Positions 36,901-44,255 of a stretch of 64,000 nt of DNA are shown one piece after another (within the stretch, counting starts at the first letter, position 1; the number at the start of each line of letters is the position of its first letter). The notes beneath the pieces are model-generated. The model was not told the DNA's origin and did no database searches. It saw only the letters and a program-made list of their open reading frames with translations. The stretch is from Octopus vulgaris (Eukaryota), in NCBI GenBank assembly GCA_951406725.2, contig OX597814.1, positions 161,014,001 through 161,078,000 of the forward strand. Reading direction: 5' to 3'. Made by a program: the position numbers and the translations under genes.

Positions 36901-37304
36901 GCAAAAGTTGGAGAAACTGGACTCCTTTTTTGAATATAAGAAGAATGGCTAGGTGAGATGCTGTCAGATTGGAAATACCCGTTGGTCTTATAACTGTTAT
37001 TACTAGCACGTGGTTTTTTGGTGACGGTTGTTTTTTGGCGTGCGACTAATTTTTCAATATGCTTTGTACTGTCGGCTGTGACATGTTTTAATACGGTCTG
37101 TCCATCAGCGGCCTTTACAACATCGACTACATCTGGCATATCTAAAAGAAAATCTTCCAAATCAAAATATCCAAGATCACGGAATTTGAGGGGTTCACCG
37201 ATGATATCATAGTAATCCTTCAGAAAATTAAACAACGGTACACCACTTTGAGATGAGATGAGCAAAGCTCGAATTTTTTTCTTAATATCTTCTTTCTCGG
37301 ACAT
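230..37304 (-). CDS. TDRD5: Tudor domain-containing protein 5-like (4 LOTUS/OST-HTH + extended Tudor); spliced gene, 18 coding exons in window, 3' end outside window
   Basis: All 18 exons have AG/GT boundaries with matching phases and no internal stop (2945 nt). N-terminal eLOTUS (KKKIRALLISS...LGYFDLEDFLLDMPDV...STKHIEKLVARQK), further LOTUS repeats, and one extended Tudor (NPGHFW...WHRV...VYFVDYGN...FLSLPMQAI...LANVKP...WS...F.KPLIA) followed by a low-complexity tail. One Tudor favours TDRD5 over TDRD7, but the 3' end is not visible. Confidence 0.88.
716..927 (+). mobile_element. tRNA-derived SINE, Meta-domain type (degenerate)
   Basis: Contains gactttgcctttcatcctttc.gggtc.ataaa..aagtac-like core shared with copies at 42.4, 44.4, 48.7, 53.8, 56.7, 57.5 and 58.2 kb. 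Confidence 0.75.
985..1290 (-). mobile_element. CR1/L2/Jockey-like LINE 3' remnant
   Basis: Minus strand reads ..FLPRASTF*NSFPARVISADVNLQ.., resembling the SFFPRT..LWNSLP C-terminal motif of CR1-group LINEs. Confidence 0.5.
1721..1800 (-). CDS. TDRD5: TDRD5-like coding exon 17 (C-terminal tail)
   Basis: cattttccag|(G)KMHSETTNINPGSLATGTCEDKINRE|GTGAGT; phase 1-0. Confidence 0.68.
2324..2501 (-). CDS. TDRD5: TDRD5-like coding exon 16 (C-terminal tail)
   Basis: ttatttcag|NRPKPEISGISEENIFSEITKDSLDQ...NCKVNGIQ G|GTACAT; open; alternative donors nearby. Confidence 0.68.
3017..3204 (+). mobile_element. RTE-clade LINE 3' end with (TGA)n tail
   Basis: STLLLWKPS...LSYPDVISRDTG...LRNAMMDREVWRSMV* then tgatgatga. 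The same terminal ~50 nt recurs at 48565-48615. Confidence 0.8.
4114..4211. repeat. 31-bp minisatellite, about 3.2 copies
   Basis: tggttaaaatattgctaagataatacaggat at 4114, 4145 and 4176. Confidence 0.9.
5677..5814 (-). CDS. TDRD5: TDRD5-like coding exon 15 (C-terminal tail)
   Basis: cattttag|RCSLPEGTNKRMPTNTYIGYQHEPVLPQQTPEWFPHTVYLQSLVAL|GTGAGT; open, phase 0-0; no domain homology. Confidence 0.7.
6735..7190 (-). mobile_element. RTE-clade LINE RT remnant with Cys/His finger insertion
   Basis: Minus: WELLCAEC (=WELLYADD)..KKFLVWKQNLKSKGLEVN.. and GVGMNSR*CTQCKLWTHKKC.GITGR; stops and frameshifts. Confidence 0.8.
7300..7532 (-). mobile_element. tRNA-derived SINE (separate family)
   Basis: Minus: A box tggcttagtgg, B box ggtttcgattcc, then tgtgtttttgagcaaaacactt and gactagcatcccatccagg. 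Confidence 0.7.
8269..8394 (-). CDS. TDRD5: TDRD5-like coding exon 14 (end of extended Tudor)
   Basis: tttgtttag|DRVMSVCLTDTSDNKIDIHINDVLVAEKYCIFYPDDNDPDTD|GTAAGG; L.DTS...D..IN..LV motif. Confidence 0.9.
9049..9129 (-). CDS. TDRD5: TDRD5-like coding exon 13
   Basis: ctctttag|EWSTKARNRMLSLCFNKPLIALVIQVK|GTATAT; phase 0-0. Confidence 0.9.
9270..9460 (+). mobile_element. tRNA-derived SINE, CORE-like family (5' half)
   Basis: ggcgcaggagtggctgtgtggtaag...gggttcagtccc...ggcaccttgggcaagtgtctt; family has many copies in the window. Confidence 0.85.
9597..9666 (-). CDS. TDRD5: TDRD5-like coding exon 12
   Basis: ttttacag|(R)NHFLSLPMQAIEGRLANVKPIND|GTAAGT; typical extended-Tudor F..LP.QA...L..VKP motif. 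Confidence 0.93.
9757..9818 (-). CDS. TDRD5: TDRD5-like coding exon 11 (Tudor VDYGN motif)
   Basis: ttttcag|VYFVDYGNTCTVSRNSLRLL CG|GTATGT; phase 0-2. Confidence 0.93.
10350..10497 (-). CDS. TDRD5: TDRD5-like coding exon 10 (Tudor core)
   Basis: ttttatag|(E)LLYYSSDADAYHVPDEFICVGLVAAAIYPEDQNWHRVYITKVPNVSFVE|GTAAGT; phase 2-0. Confidence 0.93.
11849..12051 (-). CDS. TDRD5: TDRD5-like coding exon 9 (start of extended Tudor)
   Basis: tttcag|NPPQSLAITSLPEDAVGPG...VEVFVSNIENPGHFWLKFRG...LENLMDEL GA|GTAAGT; phase 0-2. Confidence 0.92.
12977..13062 (-). CDS. TDRD5: TDRD5-like coding exon 8 (end of LOTUS4, linker)
   Basis: ttttctatgacag|(A)CLTIKSAKKYNSKENQQPIQQLIPKHSV|GTATTA; phase 1-0, the phase needed to join exons 7 and 9. 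Confidence 0.75.
14247..14355 (-). CDS. TDRD5: TDRD5-like coding exon 7 (LOTUS4 core; not in ORF track)
   Basis: ttttatttcag|ATTGSEFQPSDVGYKSLESYILSLANNIIEISYSGN G|GTTAGT; phase 0-1. Confidence 0.87.
14854..14990 (-). CDS. TDRD5: TDRD5-like coding exon 6 (start of LOTUS4; not in ORF track)
   Basis: ttttctcccctaatag|(N)QLHSLELNKNKLIKEREKEVRFSISKMMESFPNGLNLDCFMENYK|GTGAGA; phase 1-0. Confidence 0.87.
15477..15702. mobile_element. TTAA-flanked piggyBac-like MITE, family A
   Basis: ttaa.cc...gggttaa ends; internal sequence shared with 26350-26578, 27435-27627 and 41631-41850. Confidence 0.7.
16384..16546 (-). CDS. TDRD5: TDRD5-like coding exon 5 (LOTUS3 C-half)
   Basis: ttttacag|KYHGSELDYRDMGFLSVIDLVSKLDAIHIVRPAGSGDWILYD...KLA A|GTAAGT; phase 0-1. 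Confidence 0.9.
16659..16715 (-). CDS. TDRD5: TDRD5-like coding exon 4 (LOTUS3)
   Basis: tttcag|ILDCNPEGLYSSKLCSAYQ|GTAAGT; 57 nt, phase 0-0. Confidence 0.9.
17020..17530 (+). mobile_element. V-domain-type retroelement copy interrupted by a tRNA-head/hammerhead-core element (17207-17380)
   Basis: Tandem ggcacgtaaaaagcacc modules, then gagtggttggcgttaggaagggcatcc; the ttaggaagggcatcc motif recurs at 17400 after the insert. Confidence 0.75.
17836..17969 (-). CDS. TDRD5: TDRD5-like coding exon 3 (linker, start of LOTUS3)
   Basis: Poly-T + tag acceptor; DNKKYSPRR...INPEITSNIMK; donor AAG|GTATGT; phase 1 to 0. Confidence 0.85.
18255..18682 (+). mobile_element. Non-autonomous RTE-tailed retroelement (V-domain-like) with 4 tandem 5' modules
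   Basis: 4 modules of 62-69 nt, ggttggcgttaggaagggca core, 3' catgctagcatggagaacggacgttaaac(gat)n tail. Confidence 0.85.
18790..19135 (+). mobile_element. CORE-like tRNA SINE, near full length
   Basis: Head + ggcaccttgg core + aagtacc...gggtc...aacaagtaaaagata tail; an inverted copy follows at 19172-19332. Confidence 0.8.
19421..19732 (+). mobile_element. hAT (Charlie-like) MITE
   Basis: TIRs caggggttctcaa / ttgagaatcactg; a related copy in opposite orientation at ~21010-21344. Confidence 0.75.
20010..20224 (+). mobile_element. V-domain-type retroelement, single-module copy
   Basis: One 5' module, V-like core and (gat)n tail; possible TSD atgaata. Confidence 0.8.
21010..21344 (-). mobile_element. 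hAT MITE, inverted relative to 19421-19732
   Basis: Reverse complement of aaaactagttttatag / taacttgtgtaggttgaactatgtaaaa; end ggttgagaactcctg. Confidence 0.7.
22750..23970 (+). mobile_element. hAT Charlie/Buster-type transposase 3' remnant (pseudogenised), with MITE inserted at 23070-23297
   Basis: NTSIQSRDENILTSTDKL...WK.R...GNFKMFPL; YDWVQNPF..EEEELASI..D..LK..; FW..I..EYPSVA...FSTSCLCELRFSTL..IK; EEMRVCLSQICPNIE..KKHQVHVSH*; 3' TIR gtttgggaaccactg. Confidence 0.85.
24250..25249 (+). mobile_element. Helitron internal-deletion derivative (N-terminal Arg-rich + zinc-finger region, CTAG 3' end)
   Basis: MRRRKVSNLS...ARASQSDEQR then AAFNYDPAVHYADDTRVSIGAM..ECIHCKARKWPGETTALC (Helitron Rep N-terminal finger); ends acccaggtatttctgCTAG|t. 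5' boundary approximate. Confidence 0.75.
26350..26790. mobile_element. Two adjacent TTAA MITEs (family A + family B)
   Basis: ccctttcgtt...aacgaaagag-ttaa-actcttagcatt...gaatgctaaagga. Confidence 0.7.
27760..28225 (+). mobile_element. RTE-clade LINE 3' fragment inserted in a TTAA MITE
   Basis: RNEASMLRWI...LREKLNLRSI...QERRLH*YDHVVRMDEDSCVKKC..VEGTCGRGRPRKT.DEVVKHDL. Confidence 0.88.
28501..29293 (-). mobile_element. RTE-clade LINE, 5'-truncated, SR2-like C-terminus, 8-bp TSD
   Basis: AVGLRINAGKTKV..VESFVYLGS..TKGRIYQAILRTILLYGCETW..LEVFDNNCL..LRWFSHAARR..GGQLKTW..AQDRRAW; TSD aaaactaa at 28493-28500 and 29294-29301; (caagta)-type tail. Confidence 0.9.
29986..30386 (-). CDS. TDRD5: TDRD5-like coding exon 2 (rest of LOTUS2, Pro/Ser-rich linker)
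   Basis: ttttacag|G TTT GGC completes Arg; FGASLNYEKCGFCSLDAVLQAIPE...DDKIHR; donor G|GTAAGA, phase 1. Confidence 0.9.
30424..30790 (-). mobile_element. CORE-like tRNA SINE
   Basis: Reverse complement of the 33707-34120 family; ends ~35 nt from the exon 2 acceptor. Confidence 0.75.
31455..31810 (-). mobile_element. CORE-like tRNA SINE
   Basis: cacttgcccaaggt...gggactgaaccc...cttaccacgcagccac. Confidence 0.75.
32141..32571. mobile_element. TTAA MITE family B with internal 168-bp tandem duplication
   Basis: Near-identical units 32186-32353 and 32354-32521; end gaatgctaaagggttaa. Confidence 0.8.
33707..34120 (+). mobile_element. CORE-like tRNA SINE, well preserved full-length copy
   Basis: Head, core, internal (TA)n and tail gaaacaagtaaaagagtaaaga; CpGs retained. 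Confidence 0.88.
36760..37304 (-). CDS. TDRD5: TDRD5-like coding exon 1 (ATG; eLOTUS1 and start of LOTUS2)
   Basis: MSEKEDIKKKIRALLISS...SFDAAYKA. aaaATG context with in-frame TAA 12 nt upstream. Donor AG|GTGAGG, phase 2. The exon extends 5' to an acceptor (T-tract+TAG) at 37457. Confidence 0.93.
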
Positions 37305-37499
37305 TTTGGCTAATTAAAGTGGTTTTCAAACTTGAGTGAATATATGCAGAATACCAGTGCTTGCTTAAAAGCGATTCAGAAGAGATGCTGTTTTTTTCTT
37401 TTTCAGGAGAAATGTAAGTGGTGTCCAGGTTTTCAAATAAAAGACAATTATAAATTCTAAAAAAAAAAAAAAAATGCAAAGAATAAGTCAATTAAATGG

Positions 37500-38480
37500 G
37501 CTGTAACAATTTAAGATCAATCATTAGTGAGCAAAGCGACACTACACAACATGACTACTACTGCCGTGTCTGACAATTAGAGATTATTTGACGTTAAAAA
37601 AGCTAAACTCTAGATTGTCACGTGTTCGTAAACAACCCTGAGCTATGTGGGGTAGAAGCAGCGGCTGACCATCGGACACGCTACAAAGGAAAGAAAACGC
37701 TTTTTATCCTGGGAAAGCGTTTCAGTAGTTATAATGCCATTCTGTACAGGTAGATTCTTCGTATACATGAGTTCTGTTTGTTTGCGTTAGGTTAAGTACT
37801 ATTAGTTATGTTACAATTGTCAGTCACTCTTGTGAACTCATCCCATGTGGTAAATAATTTTTGACGCCGCAACCTAACCCACTGGAAGAGGAAAATAAGG
37901 ATGAAAGAGAGAAGAGTAAATAGAGTTATCTACCTTTAAGACCGGTAGGGAATAACCGCATACTAAATGTCATTCGACGACATATACGTGCATATGCATA
38001 TATACACACATTAATACGTGTGTATGTATATATATATGTGTGTGTTCTGTATTTATTATGGTTGTGGGAATTGCGCAAAAGAAGAGCGTTAGGTCGAATG
38101 CGTTGTCGCATATAGTTTCTTTCTACTTGGTGCCAAGTTCAAAAACCACCGGGTTAGACTCCTGTCTCTGTTTCTTCCTTGGTTGATAAACTAACTGCCG
38201 GTAATATGCTACAATCGATTGTGTCTACCGTGTCTCATTTCTTGCAAAGATTGGCTATATGCCTAGACAAAAGATATCAATATTACTTAGTATTTATAGG
38301 TAGATACGTGAGCATTACGCTATTTCGATGAGCTCACATTTTGACACGACAAATGTAGGCGGTCAGTCTTATAATCAGACAGTGGTCCACTACCAAACGT
38401 CTACTCAATTTTTATTTATTTGCTTTTTTAAATGAAATTTATGAGACTGCTGAACGTCGCTTGCGAACAGCCAAAGACCG
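37500..38480 (-). promoter_or_regulatory. Putative promoter / non-coding first exon region of the TDRD5-like gene
   Basis: CpG is visibly retained compared with the CpG-poor introns. The acceptor at 37457 needs an upstream exon; candidate minus-strand donor AAAG|GTAGAT at 37934/37933. Confidence 0.5.
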
Positions 38481-38899
38481 AAATACAAATGAGTGTTATA
38501 CTCGAAACTTTCATCCCTTGAGCCATGTTTGTATAAATTCATGTTTTGAGTTCTAGTTCCCCTGTGTGTTCTACTTAATCTGTATTTATCTATATCGCCA
38601 TACACACATATATCATCATCGTTAAAATGATGATTATCTACCTCTCTCTCTCTTATATATATATATGTGTGTGTGTGTGTGTATTGTGATCGACCATATG
38701 GTGATGGGTATGAATACAATCAACCTCCTAGGAGTTGTCATAATTAGTGAATATGGGGTTTGGTAGTGCGAAAGCACCATGAACTGTGATTTGCATCAGA
38801 AGAGTGGGGAGAGCCTTGAAGAGAAATGTGTTGCATACACCATCGTAAACAAGGATTTTCATGCAGTGTTCGACTGCCAGCAGTTACTAAGCTGAGTGG

Positions 38900-40800
38900 A
38901 GCTGGAAAGGAGAGCCTCCGCCCCCATGATGAGGAATAGGATTAGCTATTATCACCATACCTATTAGCTATTATCACCATGCGTTTGAAAGAGTGGAAGA
39001 AGGTATTTTAATGCCTTGGGAGGAGGAAGTAAAGAGTAGAGTGCTGCCACTAACGGCAGTGGTGAATCCAATGAAAACAAGGTCAGGCTGGTACAGAACT
39101 TTCAAGAGCTGGATGACTATGTATTGTGCCACATGGGTGGTGAGGTTACTGAGATCTGCGAGGAAACATTGTAAGAATGCATACATGATGAGGGCTTCCA
39201 CAATCAATGACTTGAAGTTGACATATTTGCAGTTACATGTGGCTGAGAAATTTTGGAAGTAGCAGCTAGACTGGGTTTTGGACTAAATTCAGCACCAAAG
39301 ATCATGGCAATGCTTCTCAAATCTATACTGGGAAAGGTGGACAAGGCCAAAACACTACCAATTCCTATGTTGGCACCATCTTTGTGGATAAGACATTCTG
39401 AACTGGGCACCAGTACGAACAGATGACATCTATACTTCATGTGTGGGAGACTGGTGGATCACTATTCAATTGCAGGGTAGCTATATCAAGAGGCAAGCAG
39501 ACAGGGTGAGCTGGGGGCACAAAGTGGGAGAGACAACTGGTTATGATGAGGGAGATCCGAGAGAAGGTAAGATCAGAAGACCCAGTAAGAGGAAGCTGGC
39601 ACATGCCCAAATTGAAGAACAGGACCATATGGTGCAATGCTAGAAGCATAGCAATAGGGATCATTGAAGTGAAGGACACAGCCTGGTTCAGAAAAATGGG
39701 TGTTTGCAATCATATTAACATGGCTGAATTGAACTCAGTGCTGAAGGAAGTGAATCTGGCTCTGAGATGAGGGTTGCATACCTTCGAGATTCAAACCAAT
39801 TCAGCCACTGTACTTGGAGGGCTACAATTTATGTCCACCAATGAGAAGAGAGTATGAATAAAATAGGCAGCAGAGATGTTAATAAAGTATCACCAAGGGA
39901 TTCCTGGAGAGCTCGCTGCTGAATTCAGTTTGAAATAGAGCATGGTCATTGTGCCCTCAGAAAAGAATAAGGTGAATGTTGTAACTAGGGTGAAGAAAGC
40001 CTGGCTGGTAGAGGATTTGGAGTGGGAGATAGCTGCTGTGTGTCAACTAAGCAACTCAGAGCTAAGAAGACTGCATACCATGCACCACATGATAGTGGAT
40101 AGGATCCAATACCTAGCCAGGAAAGTTAACTGCAACATTATTAGATAGTGTTCAAAAAGTGGTCAGGAGTCATGACAAGTGTCAGTCCATTGACTCTGCT
40201 TCAGGTGTGAACAAGATGGGAAACGTCCCAGTGAAGCATAATTAGAATCAGTTGGCACTGGATGCGATGCACTACTGGCAGATGGTCAACTGCATACTGA
40301 GGCAGATGGTGATTTTGAGAGAAATCACGATGGAGACTGCAGCTGAAGTTACAGGAATCCAGAATGAGATATTCATAGAGTGTGACCCTGTGGATGAATT
40401 GCTGATGATCAATGGTAATGCATTTTGCTCAGAGGTGCTGAAGGAAATGCTTGATAAGTGGAATGCAAACTGCTTCTTCAGAGCAGCATATAGGCCAAGT
40501 GGAAATAGGATCACAGAGAGACACCATCACACACCCAAAGCCATGGTAAAGAGGGGACATATTTCACCAATTGAGGCAATGTCACCCCAGTCAGGGCAAG
40601 ATGAGGAGTCAGTGTCACACAGTGATATTCAGATATGAATGGCAACATCAATGTACATTATCACAGAGACCTGTGGAAGACAGGGACTCTGCCTTCATGT
40701 AGGAATGAAGTCTGGGTCATGCCCTCAAAATGTGTGCTGCATGTCTCAATAATGAAAAGAAATAGTAACAGCTGTTAATTCTTGAAACAACATATCTGTG
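38900..40800 (+). mobile_element. Degenerate Gypsy-type LTR retrotransposon pol (RT - RNase H - integrase)
   Basis: VEEGILMPW..VLPLTAVVNP; RLGFGLNSAPKIM; IWCNARSIAIG (RNase H W.DAS); HINMAELNSVLK.VNLAL; integrase ELLMINGNAFCS..L.KW....FRAAYRPSGNRITERHHHT.KAM. Many stops; LTRs not identified. Confidence 0.82.
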
Positions 40801-41423
40801 GATGAAATACCACATCATGTCTTGGATGTCTGCAGGATCATTGATTTTTTCAGAAGGAGGAGAGGATGCGAGCAGAATTCCATATCTGTGGAGGTCACAG
40901 TGGGTGAGGCATTTGCCCAAAGGGATGGCAGATTTTGACACGGAGTGAGGCAATAAGGTGATCTGTGATATCCAAAGGGGCGTGTGGGGCTGAGGTGACA
41001 GAACTATAGGGTCGGTGACATCACATGAACAGTTGAGGAGCCTTGCTAGAAGGAAAGGAGCAAGGGGTCCATGTGAGCAGAAGGACAATTAGTGTGGGTC
41101 TCATTTGCTTTGGGGATGTCACTCAGGACAGACGTGGTGGCTGCATGAGTTCTGGGAATTTGCTATTAGGTTCTGACCAGAGATTAGGCAGATAGGGCTG
41201 CAATGGATATATCCCTGCTGGAAGGGATCAATATTATGAGAGGGCCTGCAAGTTAGATGAATTATGCTTTTTCCCCACCCACACCAAAATAGTAAAAGTA
41301 AGCTCTTCATTAGAAGAGTGTCATGAAATAATCACCGTAAGATCAAACTCCAAGGAGAAGTAGGTAGTGATAGAAATAAAGAAGATATTTGTTATTAGTG
41401 ATGGAAGCAGTGTTAATTCAAAA

Positions 41424-41874
41424 TTAGCTATCTGTATACACACTTAAAGTGTGTATATGTTGAAAGCCTTACTAAACTGTGTTACTTACTTTGAGAAAGT
41501 ATCTCTTTTAGACAGGTAGTGTTGAAAACAGAAAAAATATCTACAGCGGGTGAAGGTCATGTATATAAGAGATACTTTTTCATGATGAAAACTGCAGTTT
41601 AACAAGGCTTTCAACATAGACACGCTTTAACCCTTTTGTTACTGTATTTATTTTGAGATGCCCTGTGTTTCTTTCAATTACTTTAAGTATATCTAAGAAT
41701 TTAGTAAAATAACTTTGTTATCATTAAGCTAGTGTTAGGAACATAAATTGTGATTAAGGTTTGGGGGAAGATTTTAATTCAAAACTTATGAAAACAAGAC
41801 ATTTGTACTCAGAGCCAGAGCCGGTTTCAGCAGGGTTGGTAATGAAAGGGTTAAGTATGTATACAGATTGCTAA
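41424..41874. mobile_element. Foldback element with long inverted arms, interrupted by TTAA MITE
   Basis: ttagctatctgtatacacacttaaagtgtgtatatgttgaaagccttactaaactg is complementary to cagtttaacaaggctttcaacatagacacgctttaa[MITE]gtatgtatacagattgctaa. Confidence 0.75.
41631..41850. mobile_element. piggyBac-like MITE family A with exact TTAA TSD
   Basis: TTAA 41627-30, cccttttgttac...gtaatgaaaggg, TTAA 41851-54. Confidence 0.85.
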
Positions 41875-42399
41875 AAGTGAAGATGCTGCTCATACCTGAA
41901 AGATTTCTGAAGATCCCTGGCTTCCTCTACTTAGAAAGTAGGGAGTGCATTAGAATTATGATGGAAAACAGGAGAGCTAGGTGTTACTTATGCAGAAAGC
42001 TTTCTGTCCTCAAGCAAAGATAACAAGAGAACCTTTGTAAATAACATCACCACATCAGCACTAACTCTGCAATAACAGAGCAACAACAACAGCAGAAGAA
42101 AACTAAATCATTGCCAGTTTGAATACTATATGACAGGTTTCTTATCCTACATTATGTCATCTCTTCTTAGCCAGGAGGGAAGAGTAGTGCCAATGACCAT
42201 TTACAAGACCTTCAAGATGGATGTTAAGAAGGGAGAGGCGAAACTATCATCAAATTGGAGACTTGGTCCCAATGCTTGCAACAGAATGGTCTTCGTTAAA
42301 GGCAGCCAGAGATCAGGTGGTGCTGTTAAACCAGGTGACAGATTGGGTCTACCAGGAGAATTAAGTTGTTTAAGTAACTGCATAAAGGCTCCTTCATTG

Positions 42400-42620
42400 A
42401 CTGGCAGAACCGTTAGCACGCCGGGTGAAATGCGTAGCCGTATTTTGTTTGCCATTACATCCTGAGTTCAAATTCCACCGAGGTCGACTTTGCCTTTCAT
42501 CCTTTCAGAGTCGATAAATAAAGTACCAGTTTCGAACTGGGGTCGATGTAATTGACTTAATCCGTTTGTCTATCCTTGTTTGTCCCCTCTTTGTTTAGCC
42601 CCTTGTGGGCAGTAAAGAAA
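42400..42620 (+). mobile_element. Meta-domain tRNA SINE
   Basis: ctggcagaaccgttagcacgccggg...gagttcaaattcc...gactttgcctttcatcc...ccccttgtgggcagtaaagaaat. Confidence 0.85.
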
Positions 42621-44255
42621 TATATATCTAGTCCTTTAGCTGAGTACCCGTATGCCTTAGTGTTGTTCCATCAGAGAGAAAGGAAGGGAGAGACAGAATC
42701 AATGTTGAATAGGCAGAAAGCCAGTAAGAGATACAAACAGTTGTGACAAGCAAATGATAATGATTTTTATGTTTTGGAATCAAATGATCTTCATACATTT
42801 GGATATCCATTGGCACTCAATGAATAATTAAATATATTAGTACATAAAAATGTCACTGTTTTTGTAATTTGTCCTAAGTTGAACACAACCTCTAACCTTG
42901 CTGACAATTAGTCAACTAATTAGATTCATCTCTCTTCCTTCCTTTTCTGCCTTCTTCTTATTACCATTTATATTTACTATTCAATTTTCCTTCATTTAAG
43001 AAATAGCACTTTTATAAGCTACTCTAATTCATTCGATATCATTATTACTTTTGTTTGTTTGACAAGCCCAAGAAAATGTAGGATCATCATCATCACCAAT
43101 GTCTGCTCTGCATGCTGGCATACTTAGTCTACAATTCTCTGTAAGGAGCATAGAGCAGTGGGCATTTCGTGCCAGTGGATGTGATCTTGGGCTACCTCCT
43201 AGATATCAGGCCAAGGGAGACCAATTGCTTTTACTTTGTCCTCCACACCTTCTGACATGGCTTGAATTATTCAACAGGATCTGATGTGTTGGAGGACTGA
43301 ATTGTGCCCCAGTGTATATTTTGGAATGGTTACTATAGCTGAATATCCTTCTTAATATCATTTGCTTTACAGTAGATGACATTAATGTCATTTACTTTTT
43401 TAATGTCATCTGCTTTCATCATAGTATCTGCCATGCCTGATGTTGCCAAAATGGACATTGGTGCATGATGCAGTACTCTAACTATTGAATCATCTAAAGC
43501 ACACTAGCATGGAGAGGAGACCTTAAATGATGATGTTGATAATGATAGTGGAGGTGGTGATGATGGTGATGACGATGATGATGGTGATGATGACTGGTGC
43601 CATGATAAAAGCATCCAGAACAGAACTGAAAGAGAAAAAGGAGAGAATACTTGTGTGTGATGATTTGAGACAAGGTGATGAGAGTGAGCTAAGTACGATG
43701 AAAGGAACAGACATATAGTTATGAAAGGGTGGTAGTAAGAGAGTTAGAAAGTAGGCATTATTGGGGAGGAATATGGAAAAGACAATGGAAAGGAAAGGGA
43801 TTAGGGTTACTGGTCAATGAGAAAGAGAGGAATAGAGTGCTAAGGGGGATGAAGTTTGTAGGGTGGGTTCAAGGCCATACCATATTATAAGGGTATGGGT
43901 GGAAGACATAAAATGAAGAGAACATGAAAGAGAGAAAATACATGAAGGTGACAAGAGTCTAAAAAGAGTTGTTAAAGGAAGACAAATGTGGGAGTCATAA
44001 GGTAGACCAGAAGGGAAGAGATGAGAAAATGTTGGGATAGCTAAGAGCTTGTTTGGTGAGGACAGTGAAAAAGAAAATGGAGAGAGGGCGTGACAGCCAG
44101 CAGTGAGTTGAGAGATATGAATCATAGGATGATGACTGAAGGAAATGGGGAGATGAATGGAGATAGGATGGTGAAGGCTGTCTATGAGGGAGTAATGCTG
44201 GAGCTGTGAAATCTTGCATGTATTATTTTCTACTCTTTTTATTGTTTCTTTCCCA

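Noticed and set aside
42130-42465. 111-aa and 84-aa ORFs upstream of the gene
   Set aside because: They run into a SINE head and show no recognisable domain; probably an old TE remnant.
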